A stretch of DNA of 64,000 bases, taken from contig OZ024742.1 in NCBI GenBank assembly GCA_964016885.1, positions 85,002,001 to 85,066,000 of the forward strand. Reading direction: 5' to 3'. Below the pieces are notes generated by a model, which saw nothing but the letters and a program-made list of their open reading frames with translations, did not search any database and was not told where the DNA came from. The position numbers and the translations under genes were made by a program. Of the stretch, positions 59,353-64,000 are shown one piece after another. The DNA is from Eledone cirrhosa. Lineage: Eukaryota. Each line of letters opens with the position of its first letter. Within the stretch, counting starts at the first letter, position 1.

Positions 59353-62300
59353 GTTAATGATGCTATCACTCTAAACACTACAGCTCGCTTGCACAATTAC
59401 TTTCCTTATACTAGAACCGCATACCATGAAATTCGGACAGACTTCACTATTTGGTTTCCTTAGCCGAGCTGTTAGATAATTTCATTCATATTCCTCCAGT
59501 TTCTAAGTTAGCAATTGCAAAGCAGACATGTATATGCAGGTTTGGAAATAAAGCTAATGGTTGTCATATGCCATTCTCGCAGCGACTAAAAATATCACAA
59601 GGAAAGTGGGGTAATGTTAATGCTATTTTGTATTGGCAGCAGATTATCCAACATATAATATCATGTGTGAATATTTTGTTGCATTTCTGAGTAATTTCAA
59701 TGAAAATTAATTGAATTAGCGACCAAGTGAAGTTGATGATACGTTAATTAGTTTTGTGTCTCCTATCTTGATTAGGCACGTTGTTAGGATGTTGTTGGGA
59801 AGAATAAAAAAGGTACATAAAAACTATTGTATCATAAATAAGCTCTTTTCAATCAGAAATCGTATAGATCTTGGATGTCCTCTAATCAAAATAGAATACT
59901 TACCGACGTTTTAAAGCTGAGATAATAGTCTGCATATATACTCAAGGAAAAATAACTTTAAGTTATTTCATTAAAAAAATCTGAAGATTTCATCATCATT
60001 AGGTTTCATATAACTGACTAGAAAACATCTGCGATTTTAACCACATGTGTTTCTTCAATACACCATAAGAGTCGTTTATTGACAAAATATATATTGTTTA
60101 CATTCACAGTTACTACTCAATTTTATTTGTAACACGATATAAATATAAATTCAATTCTGGCGTTTTGACTATTATATTCATTGTATCCCAAATGTCCATG
60201 TCTCAACTCTTTAATAGTCTCTTGAAACTTGCTGAAGAGAGAATTGTAAAAGGTTACATGTACTAGGTGTGAATCAACCTTAGTTGACATTGTTCTGTAG
60301 GGAATATGTTGCTGTGAAATTTCTTAGCGATAGAAGCGCCTCTCTTTCCATAATGTCTGGTTTATTTAAAGTTCATTAACACACAGAAACTTGGATAGTG
60401 TTACCTTTTGAATGAATAGAGACATATCATCAGTTTGTTTTTCTACATTTCTTATCTCCTATCTGGAGATAATATTGTTACATTATTAATTCAATTGGAT
60501 TTAGCAAACAATTTGAGGATATGTATCGGATAAAGAAATCATATATCAATAGAAAATAAATTACAGAAATCATTAACAACTTAAACATGAACACCACAAC
60601 ATTCAATATTACACAAATCAGGCAAACAATGGCAGTTTTTTTTTGTTTTTTTTTTTGTAATTCAGATTCAGTTGCAACTGTAAGGCTGTCTGCAATTTTC
60701 TGTCAGTTTAGGTTCATTAGTCTCTTCAATACAGCCATAAGAGTTGACCAAAATCAAAATATACGAATTTCACATTCACAACTAGTAGACAAAATCATTT
60801 ATAACACGATATAAATCTAAATTTCATTCTGTTGTTTTACCATTTGTAGCTTTACCATTCTGTTGGGGTGCCGTAGAAACGTAAGTCTTGGATGTGCTTG
60901 TTGTACGGAATCTGAGGAGGTTTTCGTGATTATGATATCGGATGTAATTTATTTATGGTTTGGTCCTGTTTTACGAAAATAACAGCAATATTCAAGGTAT
61001 TAACTTATTACATTCTATTACAGCAAGCACACTTCTAAAACAGTACATTCTCTGTGCATTGTATAACAAACTATAACAAACGTAACTCAAGAATGAGCAA
61101 TTATACAGCACATGGGGTGTGTTATCTATAGGTATTTCTCATGTGAGATTTAGCAGAAGAGTATTAGTATATTTCCCAGTAGTAATCATTCACCTTATTG
61201 ATATCTAACGTACCCCACGTTCTTTGTTTTTATTCAGCGAACTATTTCTCACTGCTTTTCATTTAATCACCAAGCGTTTCTGCAATTGGAGAGGAAGTTG
61301 TATATTATTTCAGAGTTTCTCTCCGCATCATGGTGGCTAATATTAATGGTGATAATTATTACAAAAGAAACGCATTGCACATGACGCTCTGTTGTGCATT
61401 GAATCTAGGAAACATGGAAGGTTTGTAAATTCTGTTGTCAGAAGACGATATAAAAACATCGTTAAAAATGTTTTTGCAATAAGACCTGTGTATTCATAGT
61501 GTAAGTAGACAAGGCAGACTGCTTAACTAGTCACATTTAGTAATATGGCATTGTTTTAATAGAATGCAATATATTAATGGTGGTATCAAATCAATAAATA
61601 TAGGAAGTGATATATCAAAACAGATGTTAACTTGGAGTCAACACACCAAAGATTATTAATACAATTGATATTATCTAACCACCAACTTATAATCTACGAC
61701 ACCGTGCCCCCAATTTCCACAACCAATGGTTTCAACAGTTAAAAGGTTATTCCTGAAATTAGAGCTGATATACCAAAGGTTATGTTCGGAAACACCCGGA
61801 TAAATGAACCCAAACCTGATATCAAAATGTAGAACAATAATCAAAATAATGATTTGATTCAGAAGCCCCAAGAGATGGATGTTTAGTGTCCTTGAATTAC
61901 ATGTATATATCAGATATGAATTTGCAAATTAGAAATATATATTTATGTACGTAAACTCGGCTACTGTATACAGTGCAACGGTTTAAAGAAAGCTTATTTA
62001 CATTTAGATACAAACATTCATCACCATCCTTCAGAATTTTCTTCTTAATTCCATCGCAATTTCTGTGGCAACAATAAATTGGTTTCTTTGGCGTTCTGCG
62101 AGCAGTTATGATTAAATTGAAACTTAGATACATATTAACTTAGCTTATTCCAAATAAGGGGTTATTTCATGCAGTTTTTTTTATTTAGATTATATTTGTA
62201 AACGATAATTAGTTCCAGCCATACAAGTATACTGATGACTACATTGAACTTTCACATATCCGAGGTTACTTTGGAATTATAGTGGTACAATATTTGCCTT

Positions 62301-64000
62301 CGCAAAGGAAAACTGTACGTGCATGTCTCTAACATTCTACTGTGTATAGTGGCACTGAATTTCAACCCATCACTCACGAACACAGAAGCATGTTTACTAA
62401 AGATAACTTGTGTGGTTTACTTCATATATGGGTTTAATGTTAGTTATGTACTGAACGAACCCAGGAAACACGAGAAAGGGAAAATACATTGATGACAGGG
62501 ATGTGAAAAAGTTCACTATATCAAGTCTTTAGATATGTGCTATGGAAAAGATATATAACTAAACAGCTATTTCTTGACTAGCACAATTTTATAAAGTCAA
62601 AAATATATTTCCAAATGACATCTCAATTTTAACTTCACCATATGAACCATCATTGCTTTCAAGAAACTTCACTCTCTTGCAAGTATTGAAGTACAATTTT
62701 AAGAAAACTCCCTCCGTTTAACCAACCAGGATAGATGCTCTGAAGAAAGCGTCCTCTGTGTTGCCCAATGTCCCCTGGTCACGTGAAAAGGCAAAATACA
62801 TCATGTATGTATTTCGTCATTTGTCTCTCGCTTAATGCCACACAATATAACAAATATATATATAATGTCATTACGTGATACAGTCAATAACTAGCGCATG
62901 TGTCTCAATTGCAAATTAGTATCAATAATACATAAGAATGTGTATCAAAATTTACAATGGTCACAATAATATTTTAATAAATGTATGCTATCCATGTTTT
63001 AAACTGTTCAATTTCTTTGCATTTACAGTATTCTATTTGCTTTTCGAATTTTAATGAGAGCACTAAACATCGTTGTGGTTATTTATTTCCAGATAAAACA
63101 TGATCAAAAATGTTCTAGCTAAACTCTTTACTTGTTTGATTTCAGATATTACATATACAGGGAATGCATTTTCTATTCTTCCGACTCATTTCAAATGCTT
63201 TAGGGTATCTAGTAGCTCAAAGTCCCGTGTAGAGGCGCATTCTCATGAACGATTGGATTATATCGCACCGGAATCGTCGATGAAAAAGTGCCTGGAATAA
63301 AGATCTTTCCAAACATTAAAGTGTAAAGAATTACAGATGAGTACACAGAACTTGTAATAAGGTGTTTAGAGTACTTCTCACTGTAGTATCATATTCCATG
63401 CTAGTGATACGAATGTTATCCTGATTGGATCCATCTATGTGTAGTGTGCTGAAAAGAAATGCCGCAGAATCAACTTCATGCTTCGTTGTAATGCCGGTAT
63501 AATTGTACTTCGAATTACATACTTTAAATAGTAGAATTGTTTAGACTTGCATAATAGAAAATCTGCAGTTAAGAAAGAAACAAATAGTAAATTACAGAGA
63601 ATGTATATTGGAGGAAGGAAATAAAATAGATTTGGAGGAATGCCAATGTACAAAATATCTGGCGCCAAATAATATTAGTTCACGTTTGAATTTCCTTTTT
63701 TGTCTAGACGTCATTTTTTTAATACAAGTTGCTACTAAATAATATTATACGCACATTTATTAAATTGGCTTCGTTACACATTCTGTTTCTTTTCCGGCTC
63801 ACTTAACCTATGTTATTACTTATTGATTTTGTAAGAAAAAAAAGAAGAAATGCAATGCTCGTTAATTTTTCCTGTATTATGTTAAGCATTTTTTTTTTAT
63901 TTTAATTTCCTCATCGGCTTCTACAATATCGAAACTTCATGTGAAATATTGGCATCTTAGATGGTCTCTTTCTTGAAATTTAATTTGCCTTCGTTTTACA

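Overview
AT-rich, microsatellite-dense animal genomic DNA; the repeat content resembles an octopus/cephalopod (inference). No host protein-coding gene can be supported, and most predicted ORFs are translations of (TA)n/(CA)n tracts. The window is mostly retroelements: Penelope-like elements (PLEs) of at least three types (Penelope/Poseidon-like GIY-YIG fragment, a decayed Neptune-like copy, Nematis/Hydra-like copies with YRDD and CxC motifs), two decayed RTE LINEs, an L1/Tx1 fragment, an old I/Jockey-like RT and six copies of a tRNA-derived SINE. The main signal is about 23 type-I hammerhead ribozyme (HHR) motifs, read by eye, from about 12 sequence families. They sit in PLE pseudo-LTRs, in short fold-back elements and in non-coding tandem repeats (522, 485, 421 and ~307 bp units) that look like retrozymes; most of these elements are inserted in (TA)n. 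Two families have a U3-A8 covariant core (UUGAAAA) and one of these also has GCAA for GAAA. Several fold-back or truncation points fall in or next to HHR stem II. Ribozyme activity and novelty cannot be established from sequence alone.
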